DNA of 62,877 bases, counting the filler, from Octopus bimaculoides (Eukaryota), in assembly GCF_001194135.2 (NCBI RefSeq). It is 8 parts of 7 records of this genome, joined end to end, with 100 filler letters (N's around TTAATTAATTAA, not from the genome) between each part and the next. Parts side by side here need not be neighbours in the genome. Positions count along the whole stretch, not along the records: positions 9,358 to 29,033 come from NC_068989.1; positions 29,134 to 32,647 come from NC_068987.1; positions 32,748 to 46,627 come from NC_068984.1; 5 more parts are not named here. One strand, 5' to 3'. Below the pieces are notes generated by a model. The model made no database searches and was not told the DNA's origin. It saw only the letters and a list, made by a program, of their open reading frames with translations. Made by a program: the position numbers and the translations under genes. Position 1 is the first letter of the stretch. Every line of letters starts with the position of its first letter. This document shows positions 24,584 to 37,109 of the stretch, piece by piece.

Positions 24584-26841
24584 CTTTGTCATGAATCTTT
24601 CAATTTATAGAAAGATAATAGGTTATTTTCAGTTTATTATTAAATTACGTGGGAATGAGTGACCTAAATCATGACGACGTTCGATAACAGAAAAGTATAA
24701 ATTTGAAAGATTTGTGACATTTTCTACTCCATTAATATGATTTGAAAATTTACGAACATCATGTGCGCGCGCACGCATGTGTGTGCGTGTGTGTGTGCGT
24801 GAGTGTGAGTGTATTTCTACGTCAGAGCTATGCCAATGTACAGTCGAAAAATACACACCTCAGATTGAGATAGTATAATACAAATAAATAATGTGGTCGT
24901 ACTGAAAAGAATGGACAAAATGAGACTTTATTCCAAATGAGCAAGCTTTAAACATTCACCCTCCCCCAGACTTCCAGAACCTGAATTTAATACTGAGTAT
25001 ATAGCTATGTAATTATTCCTGACTTTGCGGAAGGTTTTTGAGCCGCATTCGATGGCAAGAAATTGTTAAGTACCCACTGAAATTGCAAATATTTATGTAT
25101 GCTTTGTGGTATGTTGTTTAGTTCCTATTCACTCTTGATGAAAAAAAAGTCCCAATAATCAGAAGTTCAGTTGGTAACTATCACGTCTCGATCTTATATC
25201 CATAACTATGTTATGAAAGCTTGCCTTTTCTGTGTCGTTAAGAGTATTAATAGCTTTCACTTCTACTTGAGGGAGATAGCGTATCAAAGTAGAGTTTCAT
25301 TTTTTATCTAAACCAAACGCAGAAGTTCTGAAAACTACCGCAATTCACAAACCTGAAAAACAGTGACCATTTTTATCATCAGTGAAATTAGAAGCCCAAT
25401 ATGAGTTAAAGAAGGCTTTGAAGAATATCAAGGCGATCGAAACAAAAAAGAACTCTAAGTATTTACAAATAGATTCCTAAATGATAACCATTCAACTATT
25501 GGTCAAATGTAATCGTGTATCATCTAAATCATGTTGAAAAGAAGCTTAGCTAAAAGGAATCATATTTTTACTGGATAAAACACCTGAGAATTGATTTCAG
25601 AATTTATTGGATCTGTCATAAGTAAAATGCATTTTATAATACATCATATCGACCAGGACTCACCTGTGGTTAAACAACAGAAATGACACATTCCTTAACA
25701 ATATATCAATGTCTTAAGAATCATTGTGACATGTTACCTATGTGCAATAATTCAAGTTACCGAACAAAAGAGATATCTAGTTATCCATCAAATCAAATGA
25801 AAAGAACTTTGTCCGTAACATTTATTCGTCGAAATTTACACATTGTTATCAAGAATTTGAGCAAAAGAAAACGAATATGACTTTATTGTACATACCGATG
25901 AATATGTTAACATTCAACTTCATTGTAACGAGGACAATATTCTGTAGTAGTTGTAATATTGATCGTTTGACATCAATCAATTTGCATTAATAAGCTAACA
26001 TTGAATACTTTTCATAGTATAGAACTGAGGGCATGGATAAATCATTGAAGCACAACGGAATTAAGCCTCCAATTATAAGAAATTGTATAAGTGCAAATTC
26101 ATGTGATTCATAGTTAGATGTTACGCTTTTGTTTTGTATGTTAATCTTCGTTTAGATTTAAATGTACTTTTAGATATTAGGACTTTATTGTCGATTGCAT
26201 TATCATCAAATGTTCATTTGTTTCACCTTCCGTTAAAATATTGAAGCGATTTATATGCATTCAGTCTTTACAGTATATTACTTGACCTTATAAACTTGAG
26301 CACAATGTTGATGCACCTACTGAATATGCATGAAAAAAGAAATCAATGAATTTCTAATACTGAACATATATACAATAGTGAATTATGTAGTAGATATTTC
26401 TAAGAAAAATACATGAATAACAAGTATATGCCGGGTGAATATAAAAAAACGACCGTGGGCATATTTATGGGCATACTAACAGGATAAAGCAAGAATAATA
26501 TGTATCCACTCCTCTGTAATATTTACGCAGTAGAGCATAGAAAAAATATTCATTTTCGTCCCATTTTTATACTTTGTTCCATTGCCTCAATGAAATATTA
26601 TAATTCACATTAATTCTTTGAAGGGAAGAATCAAAAAATATATACTCGGTGATATGGAACAGAAGTTCCTGAAAGTAATTAGATATAAAAGAAAAAAGAA
26701 CATTTGAACTGTGACAACATAGTCCATATGCATCATAGAATTAAAACTGATCGAAACACCAATACAGATATCAAGCTATTCGATTCAGTATTATAAATTT
26801 TTAGGGACATTACACATGCATCAAACTATTGATGAAAGCAT

Positions 26842-26902
<61 letters not shown>

Positions 26903-27737
26903 TGTGTGTATGTGTGTGTGTATGTGTCTGTGAGTGTGTATATATGGGTATGCATTTCAATATTCATGCGTATATGAACGAAGTGTGACATATTTACGAT
27001 TCCAAGTACGAATTCGTGTATATTTATGTACATAACGATTAAATTATTGAGATACCAATATACATATACATACACATAGTGAGATATATATATGAATGCA
27101 TATGTGTGTATGCGTGTGACTGAGTGTAAATGGGTGTGTGTGTGAGTGTGAAAGTGTGTGCGTGTGTGTTGTGCGTATGCACGTATGGATGTATAAATTA
27201 AAACAGTATTTCTTGTTTCATCGAGAGTGAATACCGGTGGAACATATATTAAATGATACAAAGTGAAGACAGATATTTTAACAGTTATGAATATTAATAC
27301 TTGGTGAAAGTCTCTAGCGCGCCTAACTGTATTCATTTTATAATAGCATATTGCAAAATCATTTGCATATGTCTGTTCCTCAACACTCACAATTCTGAAT
27401 GCGAGATTTTACAATAAAGTTTCTACAATAGGATTGAAAAACATAACTATGCGCGTTAGGATGACAATTGTCAAATTAACGTATGTTGAAATTAAGCAAA
27501 GAAGACGCATATTTATACGCACAAGTATGAATTCTTATTGCTCGTATGTGTGTGTGCGTGTGTATGCGTGCGTGCTATTAAATTGATATGAATGGATACG
27601 AGAAACGTTTTGAATGTGCATATAGAAAACACTATTTTATTACGCTGGCTAGACCCTAATGATATCAACTGGCAATAGCAATTATTTGAGGTTGTACCGA
27701 GCAGTGCTGATATAATTAATAATAATAATAATAATTA

Positions 27738-28000
27738 ATTCGTTTTATTGGCCACAAGGGCTAATATCAATTTAAAACATATAAGGAAAAAGACAGGACG
27801 AAGGTTACAAAAAGTTTTGTCCGAAAAGGTAGGAAAGTTCGTCTAAACAGAGGAAGAAAACGGAGAAAGATATTATAAATAAATAGATAAATAAATAAGT
27901 AGAACTCCCAAAGCGGGAGGCGCTTCGAAAAAGGAAAGTTTACACGGGAGCCTGGTCAGAAAAAATAAGAAAGGGGTATAGAGCCCTTTCTCCTTTTACA
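27738..28000 (-). mobile_element. 3' UTR of a non-LTR retroelement (family uncertain, possibly Tx1-like)
   Basis: Pyrimidine-rich on minus, ends agcccttgtggccaataaaacg then (ATT)n; same end motif as 29133-29245. Confidence 0.45.
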
Positions 28001-28139
28001 TTACCTTTTTTTTTTCTTTTTTTTTCTACGGGTGTATTCTCAGAATTGGTCAGTTTATACTGGCCATTCTTCCAACAGTCACCTATCTTTCAACGAATTT
28101 GCTATGAGACAGCACTTCCCTCTCTACTCTCATCTTCCT

Positions 28140-28205
28140 TTTCAAGAAACAAATAGGGAATATCGCTTAGCATTTCGTCCGGCCTGCTAACGATTCTGCT
28201 TTCTC
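28140..28205 (-). mobile_element. SINE family A head fragment
   Basis: gcttagcatttcgtccggcctgctaacgattctgc. Confidence 0.7.
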
Positions 28206-28273
28206 CCCACTTTTGTAATAATAATACTAATAATAACAATTCAACGACGTGAATATCAGAATATGTGTGTATG

Positions 28274-28316
<43 letters not shown>

Positions 28317-28799
28317 TTGTGTATATTATTATATTATAATTACTGTTTTTCTTCTACAAATAATTACAAATAGAACCGGTTGAATTCCTTCTTTTCAAGA
28401 CAGCGCTCCCAGTACCCACTGCTAGTAGTAAACACGTTTGACCTCTGCTGACCTAAAGGGAGCGAAGAGTTCTTTGTCTCTATGGCTGACCTCCCCACTA
28501 TCTGCCGAATCTATTTATAGACCTGTAGTATACTGCTACCCAACTCTTCCCTAAAACAATGGTGGTTGTGGTGGTGGTGATGGTGATAATGATAAAAATA
28601 AAAATAAAAATATGTTGCAGCTGCTAATACTAAATAATATTAACACTAAATTAACACCACAACTACTACTATTATGGTAGCACAGGTATCACATTCCCAA
28701 CTACCACCCTTACCACTGCCCCAACCCACGCTACTGTAGCTTGTGCTGCAGATACTGCTGCTACTACACATAATAACAATAATATCGATGATATCAGTG

Positions 28800-28864
<65 letters not shown>

Positions 28865-28865
<1 letters not shown>

Positions 28866-29033
28866 CAAAAAACGACAAAGAGCTAGAAACACTACTACAG
28901 ACAGTACACGGCTTTACCAAGGAAATAGAAATGAAATTCGGATTAGAAAAATGTGCCAAAGCAACCCTGAAAAGAGGAAAATTAGTTAAAAGTAGCAATA
29001 TAACACTAGATAAAGCCAATGAAATAAGAGAAC
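28865..29033 (+). mobile_element. Dong/R4-type RT fragment
   Basis: AKNDKELETLLQTVHGFTKEIEMKFGLEKCAKATLKRGKLV, typical of the region just after the catalytic DD in R4/Dong RTs; begins at the end of (TAA)n. Confidence 0.85.
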
Positions 29034-29132
29034 NNNNNNNNNNNNNNNNNNNNNNNNNNNNNNNNNNNNNNNNNNNNTTAATTAATTAANNNNNNNNNNN
29101 NNNNNNNNNNNNNNNNNNNNNNNNNNNNNNNN

Positions 29133-29245
29133 NGTTGTCCCCACTTTTGTTTTTTTTCTGCTTTGTTTTCGCCCCCCTCGAAAAGAAAAACTACATTTGT
29201 ATTTTGTCCCCTCTATGTTGAGCCCTGTGTGGCTAATAAAGAAAC
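29133..29245 (+). mobile_element. 3' UTR of a non-LTR retroelement (family uncertain)
   Basis: Ends gagccctgtgtggctaataaagaaa followed by (ATCT)n. Confidence 0.45.
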
Positions 29246-29319
29246 ATATCTATCTATCTATCTGTCTGTCTGTCTGTCTATCTGTCTGTCTGTCTGCCTG
29301 CCTGCTGTCAGTCAGTTAG

Positions 29320-29351
<32 letters not shown>

Positions 29352-29371
29352 CCTATCTATCTATCTATCTA

Positions 29372-29545
29372 CGAAGGGATGCTGAAAAGTTCCTTGTTTT
29401 GCGCAAAAGAAAGTACAGGATGATCAGTTAATTACGATTTTGTCCAACATATTCCCTTCTCAGATTCACACATTTTATTGCACAGTTTCTCTAAACCCTT
29501 TAAAAGAACACGGAAGGTTGGGTCTCCAACCAGGTCTTTCGTGAC
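29372..29545 (-). mobile_element. mariner terminal fragment
   Basis: TA followed by TIR-like cgaagggatgctgaaaagttcc and degenerate transposase C-terminus on the minus strand. Confidence 0.6.
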
Positions 29546-30206
29546 ACTTTTTCAGCACCTCCAGCCCACAGTATTTATCTATCAAGTCAATAAAATCGCG
29601 AAAATATAAAGCTAGAAAAATCCCTGTATAGGAAACGTCGAAGGCTGTCCTTAGGTCGAACTCACATCTTCTGTTAAGGGATCCATTCCTACAGACTGCC
29701 TTTCACTCGCTACCAAAGTTAGAGTGACGTAGCACATTTCATTGGCAACAAGAAATCATTTCACTCTTTTACTCCGCCTTTCGAAAATTCTAGTCACGAA
29801 AATATATAAATTTTGGTTGGCTTGACAGCAAAAATGATTTTCGGTTCATTTAAAAATGAGATTTTTCGTATGAGTTTCTCGATTAAGATCATGTCACATG
29901 GTGCATGTAAAAACACGTTGTTGTTGTTGAGAAGGTAGGGCGCGACAGTACTTAACCAGTTTTTAGCAGCTAGTATTTCAAGCATATTACACATGTTCAA
30001 TCTCACGTTACTTCATGATTCGGTTGTGGGTTGTAGGGTCAACCAGTCTGATGTTCGAAATTCGCTTGCGGAGGAAAATGCTTGAGAACATGACGTTCAA
30101 ATTTCTTTGTACTCAAGGATATGATCTTCTGTGTTAACCAATGATATATTGAAATCCTGGCGCCATTTGCCATCTTGATGACGTATACACACACATATAT
30201 ACATAC

Positions 30207-30271
<65 letters not shown>

Positions 30272-30435
30272 NNNNNNNNNNNNNNNNNNNNNNNNNNNNN
30301 NNNNNNNNNNNNNNNNNNNNNNNNNNNNNNNNNNNNNNNNNNNNNNNNNNNNNNNNNNNNNNNNNNNNNNNNNNNNNNNNNNNNNNNNNNNNNNNNNNNN
30401 NNNNNNNNNNNNNNNNNATATATATACATATGTAT

Positions 30436-30487
<52 letters not shown>

Positions 30488-30499
30488 GTGTGTGTGTGT

Positions 30500-30722
30500 G
30501 TGTGTATCTTCGTGTCTGTGATTGTCACCCACCACCGCTTGATAACGGGTGTTGGTGTGTTTACCTCCCAGTAACTTATATGTTCGGCAAAAGAGACCGA
30601 TAGAATAAGTGCCATACTGGAACCAATTCATTCGACTAAAGATTCTCGAAGTATAAATATATACTCGGCGGTGCCCCAGAATGGCCTCAGTCTGATGGGT
30701 GAAACAAGTAAACGATAAAAGT
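30500..30722 (+). mobile_element. SINE family C, 3' half
   Basis: ccaccgcttgataacgggtgttggtgtgtttac...gttcggcaaaagagaccgatagaataagt...gaaacaagtaaacgataaaag. Confidence 0.8.
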
Positions 30723-30852
30723 TATGTATACGTATACACATGTCATACATACATACATACTTACACACACACACACACAAATTAAACTTACTATTATCTT
30801 CTTAATAGTAAGAATAATGGTAACAATAATACTAGTAATAATAATTGAAATT

Positions 30853-31215
30853 CAAAGAGTGGACCACTTTAATATCTGGGTGTAAAGTTTTGGCACGAGT
30901 AGAGTGGAAATCAAGACACGACAGAGTTGCCCAATATCTACTCTGGTTGATATGTCGGTATTATAAAATCGAATCCGTTGATAAGTGGTAGAAGTGCCAC
31001 CCCGAGGCTGTAACCGAGGGAGAAAATGTAACGATTCTTTGAGACGTTCCAGTACATACAGGCAGAACCAGCTAAACAAATAAAGCGGATATTGTTGAAA
31101 AAGACCAAAATAATAGAGTTTCTTAACCGAATTTGTTGACATAATATTTCGGTAAAGAATTTGACAAGCCCAGAAAATATAAGTATTTGTTCATTGAAAT
31201 CGAAATGATCAAGAG
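30853..31215 (+). mobile_element. Dong/R4-type zinc knuckle/RLE endonuclease fragment, degenerate
   Basis: (V)DHLISGCKVLARVEWKSRHDRVAQYLLWLICR...HPEAVTEGENVTIL*DVPVHT...ADIVEKD...KYKYLFIEIE; preceded by degenerate TAA repeats. Confidence 0.85.
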
Positions 31216-31475
31216 AGGAACTGAAAGTTATCTGAGAATGATCTCTGGTTTACCATCCCTCCAAGATGCGTAACAGATTGTTTTAGCTGTTACGTCACAT
31301 GTATTGAAAAGAGCATTATTGATATGAGAACGATTACCGCCCATGTAAAAAATATTTTTCTACATAACTTTATTTGATTTTGTAAATGAACAATCTCGCC
31401 ATTTTTGTGGTTTCTCGACATCATGTGCATGAATCGAACTGGGGACAAATCGATTCATCAGTTTATGGCTATAAA

Positions 31476-31849
31476 TCTCATCTCATAGGCCTCCGTCGGT
31501 CATGGCTGACCATGGATGATATCATCTGTCTGTTGAGTTGTTCTATTCAGTTTTTGCAACGCCTCTTGTGGCTGTAGAGACCGATGCGAGAGTGGCAGAC
31601 TTGTTTGCAGAGGTCACACCTATACGTTGAATCCGGTCTGTTGGCTGTCATTTCTTTTCTGCGGGCTCGGTTTTCAGCTGCTGCCACCCTCAAATTCTCT
31701 TCGCTGGTCTGCAGTTGTTTGTGAAGAGTGCCTCTCCAGCTGGTTCGGTCGGCTGCGAGATCCTCCAAGGAATTGGTGTTGATACCAAGTGCCTTAATAT
31801 CCCCCCTGGACACGTCCCGAAGCTGAGGTACAGGGACGTGTGCAGGAGG
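31476..31849 (-). mobile_element. RTE-clade LINE 3' end with C-terminal C2H2 motif and 48-bp 5' inversion
   Basis: DIKALGINTNSLEDLAADRTSWR...CDLCKQVCHSRIGLYSHKRRC* on minus; PPGHVPKLRYRDVCRR on plus at 31802-31849; candidate TSD ggcta(ta)taaa. Confidence 0.9.
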
Positions 31850-32545
31850 CTATATATAAAGAGTGTAAAAACTATTCGATGATGTGCCACGGCGATGCAT
31901 GTATAAGATTAAATTCAATAACGAACTAAAAGCAGCGGCATCCATCAGTCTCAAATTCGACCGAGAGAGTGTTGTCTCGCCTGTCTGTGTCTTTGTTGTG
32001 TATTTAGCACTCAGCATTATAGAGGAGTCTTCCCTATGAACCATATCGCAGCGAATCCGGCGAATAAACAAAACATATACATAGAGTATGTGCCATCAAT
32101 AAAGTAAATACACACACACACATACACATCGATAAGGTAGATATAATATATANNNNNNNNNNNNNNNNNNNNNNNNNNNNNNNNNNNNNNNNNNNNNNNN
32201 NNNNNNNNNNNNNNNNNNNNNNNNNNNNNNNNNNNNNNNNNNNNNNNNNNNNNNNNNNNNNNNNNNNNNNNNNNNNNNNNNNNNATATATAAACATACAT
32301 ACATATACATATGTATGTGTGTGTTATTTTAAGATATACCGTACTCGCACCTAAGAAATTCCGGATGGGTCCATCTTGGTTAAACGAAAATTTATTCCAT
32401 TGTAGTACGTTATGTCGTCTTGTTGATCGTGTTAACGTGAAACCTGGAGTTACAGCCAACGACATCTGCTGAATAAATATAATTGTACTCGCTACCATTC
32501 ATGTATTTATGCATATGACAAATAGCCCATATGTGAGCATCTTTG

Positions 32546-32595
<50 letters not shown>

Positions 32596-32747
32596 AAAAT
32601 ATACATATAGCTAGATATATGGGGAGAATTCACAAAAAAGAAAAAAANNNNNNNNNNNNNNNNNNNNNNNNNNNNNNNNNNNNNNNNNNNNTTAATTAAT
32701 TAANNNNNNNNNNNNNNNNNNNNNNNNNNNNNNNNNNNNNNNNNNNN

Positions 32748-33124
32748 GTGCATCATTAGCCAGGGCATCTCCAAACCACCCTTTAGCGGTTCCTGGCAAC
32801 ACACGGAGCGCCTCACAAGTGGCTTTCCCCCCCTCCACAAAAAGCGGAAGAGTACCAGCTTGTTTAGCCAAAAATCGGGGCAAGGCACAACGGACAGGCG
32901 GTAGGTGATTACAGATGCTATAAACATCTGCACCACCTCCGCTCTACCCTTCAAGGACAGAGACCACCCGGACCACTTCCGGACCATGGCCTCCACCTTG
33001 TTTACTACCTCGCTCCAATTCTTCTCCGTCTGTGAGTCTGAACCAAACCAAACTCCAAGCAACTTAACAGAACCATCTGTCCAGTGTCCAACGACACTGG
33101 ACGAAAACGGCCTTAGCTGCAGTC
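32748..33124 (-). mobile_element. Tx1/L1-clade LINE RT-thumb fragment
   Basis: LGVWFGSDSQTEKNWSEV...WSGWSLSLKGRAEV...FRFLWRGGKPLVRRSVCCQEPLKGGL. Confidence 0.85.
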
Positions 33125-33862
33125 AATCATGAAATCTTCTCCTGAGTTTCTGACATGTCTTGACACGATGTGCAAGTATTCATAAACAAATGGTTTGTTA
33201 ATACATTGATTACAGATAAAAGCTATCCAAGTATACTGTGTGAGTATGGAAAAGTAGATGTTAAAAAATTGATGATAATGATGAGGAGGAGAGGGAGGAG
33301 GATGACAATAAGAATGATCGTATGTGTGCTTGTACACTTATACACACACACACACACACACACACACTCATACACACATACACACACATACATACATACA
33401 TACATACATACATACATACATACATACTTACTTACATATGTACATAAGCATGCATCTATGTATTCAAATTATGCAACAGAAGCACCTCTAGATTAAAATC
33501 TTTATCTTTATGACATATTTACCCACAGCCTCTGACAGATTTTAATCTTGAGCTGCACCTATTGCATAGTTTAAATTTTATTCAGCCTAGCAGCCTCTTT
33601 GCATGGCTTGTGAATTATTTATTCACAGTTTCTATATACTTCAGGTTGGCTGAAGTGGCTTCATGCAGGAAGTGAATACAAGCATTGACAAGCCACAAAA
33701 ACAGCAAAATACACATCTATCATTCTTACAGTCACTTCTAGTATGATTTCATTTCATGTGGCTCCGAAATATATTGAGTTTTTAAAACACTATGTAGTGA
33801 TCATCTCTTTCCTGAGATGATCACTGCAGCCTCTGACTTTTCAATGAAATACATGTATTATG

Positions 33863-33909
<47 letters not shown>

Positions 33910-33924
33910 AATATATACACTTAG

Positions 33925-35850
33925 TGATGTGGACAAGAAAGAGGTGTGGAAAAGTTACTATGCAAGACTGTTGAATGTAGAGAATGAATGGGACGAAGAA
34001 AGTCTCCCTTGTATGAACCCAACAGAGGAACCAGCTATCCTAATGGACAGCAGTTTGGTAGATAAGGCAGTTAAAGACATGAAAATCAGGAAAGCCCCCG
34101 ATCCATCCAGAATCACCGTTGAGATGCTCAAAATATCCAGTAAGCTTAGTGTATGGGCTAGTCACCTGCATAGTTAATCAGGTCATTCAGGAAGGTGTAA
34201 TACCCAAGGGCTGGTGTAGTAGCATTATTGTTAGCTGCTACAAGGGTAAGGGTGACACTTTTACATAGAAGCAATTATAGAGCCATCAAACTCCTGGACC
34301 AGGTGATGAAAATTAGAGAGAGAGAGTTATAACCCAATTAATTCAGAGCAGAATTAGGCTAGACAAAATGCAGTTCAGGTTTGTCCAGAGAAGAAGCATG
34401 ACCAATGCTATTTTCATAGCCCGTCAACTGCAACAGAAGTACTTAACTAAGAATAAACCATTATACTTAGCATTTGTTGGTCTAGACTCTAGAGCTAGCC
34501 TTTGATAGAGTACCCTTGTGTGATATAGTGGGTACTGAGGAGGCTAGGAATAGAAGAGTGGATGGTGAAAGCTGTACAAGTAATGTACAAAGATGCTGTC
34601 AGTTAGGTGAGAGTTAACCATGAGTACAGTGAAGAATTTGGTGTACAGGTACCAGTTCATCAAGGATCAGTCCTCAGTCTCTTCCTTTTCATCATTGTCC
34701 TTCAGATCATAGCAGAGGAGTTCAAGGCCAGCAGCCCCTGGGAACTACTATATGCTGATGATCTTGCCCTCATAACAGATTCTGTATCAGAACTAGAAGA
34801 GAAATTCCAGGTGTGGAAGCAAAACTTGGAATCTAAGGGTCTTAAGGTTCTAGTAAGCTGACCCTGTTTGATTTGTAGGAAAGGTGTGGACAAGAACTCC
34901 ATACAGTCTACCCAAGGTAAGCTGTGGACACACAAGAGGTGCAGTGGATTAATCGGAAGATTATCAGAAAAGGTAGTGGAAGATGCACAGGATCAATAAA
35001 AGCCTTAGAGACTCAGGAAGTTGATTCTTTCAAATGCCCTGGTAGCTCATTAAAGGTAGTAGATAATTTCTGCTACCTAGGGGAGCAAATTAGTTGTGGG
35101 GAGGATGCACAGAGTATGTGGTAGCTAGAATAAGAATAGAATAAAGGAAATTCAGAGAGTTGTTACCTCTGTTGGCCATGAAAGGTTTCTTTCTCTGAGT
35201 GAAAGGAAGATTGTATGGTGCATGTATATGGACAGCAATTCTACATGGGAGTGAGATGTGAGCCCTAAATGCAGAGGACTTGTGAAAGTTAGAAAGAAAT
35301 GAGGCTAGTATACTCTGCTGGATGTGTACATGTTTGACAGAGAGCTAGTGCTTTGAGAGAGAAGTTAGGCATTAGAGGAATTAGTTGCTGTGTGCAAGAG
35401 AGAAGACTGCGCTGGTTTGGTCATGTGATGTGGATGGATGCCGACAGCTCCATAAAGAAGTGCCGATCTCTCAAAGTAGATGGAATGTGTGAAAGACATG
35501 GATTGAAGAGCTGAAGAATGACCTGAGGATACTGAACCTTTCAGGTGAGATGACAAAGGACCAAGATGCCTGGTGCTTTGCTGTACTCAAGAAGATCCAT
35601 ACTTCACAGCATAAGTGTTAAGACTGGTTCCTCTAATGGTGTAAAGCATTCATGGCAGTTCCACATAAAGCACCTGTGTGGTTTCACATAAAAGCGTCCA
35701 TACAGTGCCAGGTAAAAGCGCCTGTGTGGCACCATGTAAAAGTATTTGGTACACTCAGTAAAGTAGCTGGCATTAAGAAGGGCATCCCTCTGTAGAAACA
35801 AGGCCAAATCAGACAGGAGTCTGATGCAGCTCCCCAGCTTAACAGCTTTC
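33925..35850 (+). mobile_element. RTE-clade LINE, 5'-truncated, degenerate RT plus 3' UTR
   Basis: WKSYYARLLNVENEWD...VHQGSVLSLFLF...PWELLYADDLALI...GLKV; Cys-rich insert; RRLRWFGHV; UTR gcattaagaagggcatcc shared with the short copies. Confidence 0.92.
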
Positions 35851-35927
35851 AGTCAAATACCAAAGTGAAGTAACTCTAGACAGATTTAAAGTTGTAGTTT
35901 TAACTAAAACACACTCAACAACATTGA

Positions 35928-36114
35928 CTGAGCTACACCATTAGACTGCCAGGTCAGAAGAAATTCAGCAGTATTAGTTCCAACAGTGTTTAGGCATAAG
36001 CAAACTTTAGGTTAGTAAGAATTTTAATCTAAAGCTTGCTTATGCCTAAATACTGCTTGGCATTGATACTGCTGAATTTTTATCCAGTCTGGCAGTCTAA
36101 TTGCACAACTCAGT
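35928..36114. repeat. about 187-bp imperfect palindrome (foldback/MITE or long hairpin)
   Basis: Nested paired blocks ttagactgccag/ctggcagtctaa, aattcagcagtatt/gatactgctgaatt and a 32-bp inner stem at 35984-36055. Confidence 0.85.
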
Positions 36115-36584
36115 GAAACCCTCAGACTAGAGGAGAAAGTGTTTTTACCAGCAACAAAATTTTGAAACTCAAAAGGTACTTCATCAAGAGCAGTTACAGG
36201 AAAATAGAAAAATAAACCAACAGAACAACAGTCTTCCCGCAAACTGCCATTGACTACATTGCAATGCTCAGTGAGATTGTATGCTGGTTTGATAAGTCAT
36301 GCAAATATCCATATAGATTTTCATAGCCTGAGGACACACATAAGGAGTCGCCAGGTAAAGAAAATGAATTGTAATCATCAATGAATAGTAGTGATAGTAA
36401 TATGAGTGTGTTGTCTGTTTAGTTGGATTCCCTTTCTTTGTCTTCTCACTGAACACTAATATATCATCTATAATGAGAGAGATCATCATATATATACATA
36501 CATATAAGTTGTATACATACACATATACATACATATAAATATACATATATCCATACATATAAATATACATATATATACCTTTTT

Positions 36585-36815
36585 GAGCGTGGCCGTTGCC
36601 AGTACCGTGTGGCTGGTTCTCGTGCCGGTGGCACGTAAAAACACCCACTACACTCTCGAAGTGGTTGTCATTAGGAAGGGCATCCAGCTGTAGAAACTCT
36701 GCCAGATCAAATTGGGCCCTGGTGCAGCCTGCTGGCTTGCCAGTCCTCTGCCAAATCGTCCAACCCATGCTAGCATGGAAAGCGGATGTTAAACGATGAT
36801 GATGATGACGGTGAT
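36585..36815 (+). mobile_element. RTE-type 3' end (truncated LINE or RTE-dependent SINE) with (GAT)n tail
   Basis: ttaggaagggcatccagctgtagaaac...aacccatgctagcatggaaagcggatgttaaacgatgatgat. Confidence 0.85.
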
Positions 36816-37109
36816 GTCATGTCTGGGGAAAGTTATGTTGTCTTAATGCCTTATTAACACACACACCGGTTCATTTTCCACTCATTTATTATATATATTT
36901 TTTCTTCGGAAACATTAATTCTGACACATTTTTTTCTTTCTCCATTTTTCCCCTTTCATTCCTCTCTGGTGAAGAGTGTAGGCTCGAAATTTCAAAGACT
37001 TTTCCATTTTCTTGACCATCAAACTAATACACCTGCTTGTAGTTCCCTAACCTGTATCTGCCATTTGTTTTCTGTACATTTGAACAATATGTATACATAT
37101 ATTATATAT

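Noticed and set aside
35640-35760. Spaced short repeats superficially like a CRISPR array
   Set aside because: Degenerate repeats within an RTE 3' UTR in eukaryotic DNA; no constant repeat or spacer length.
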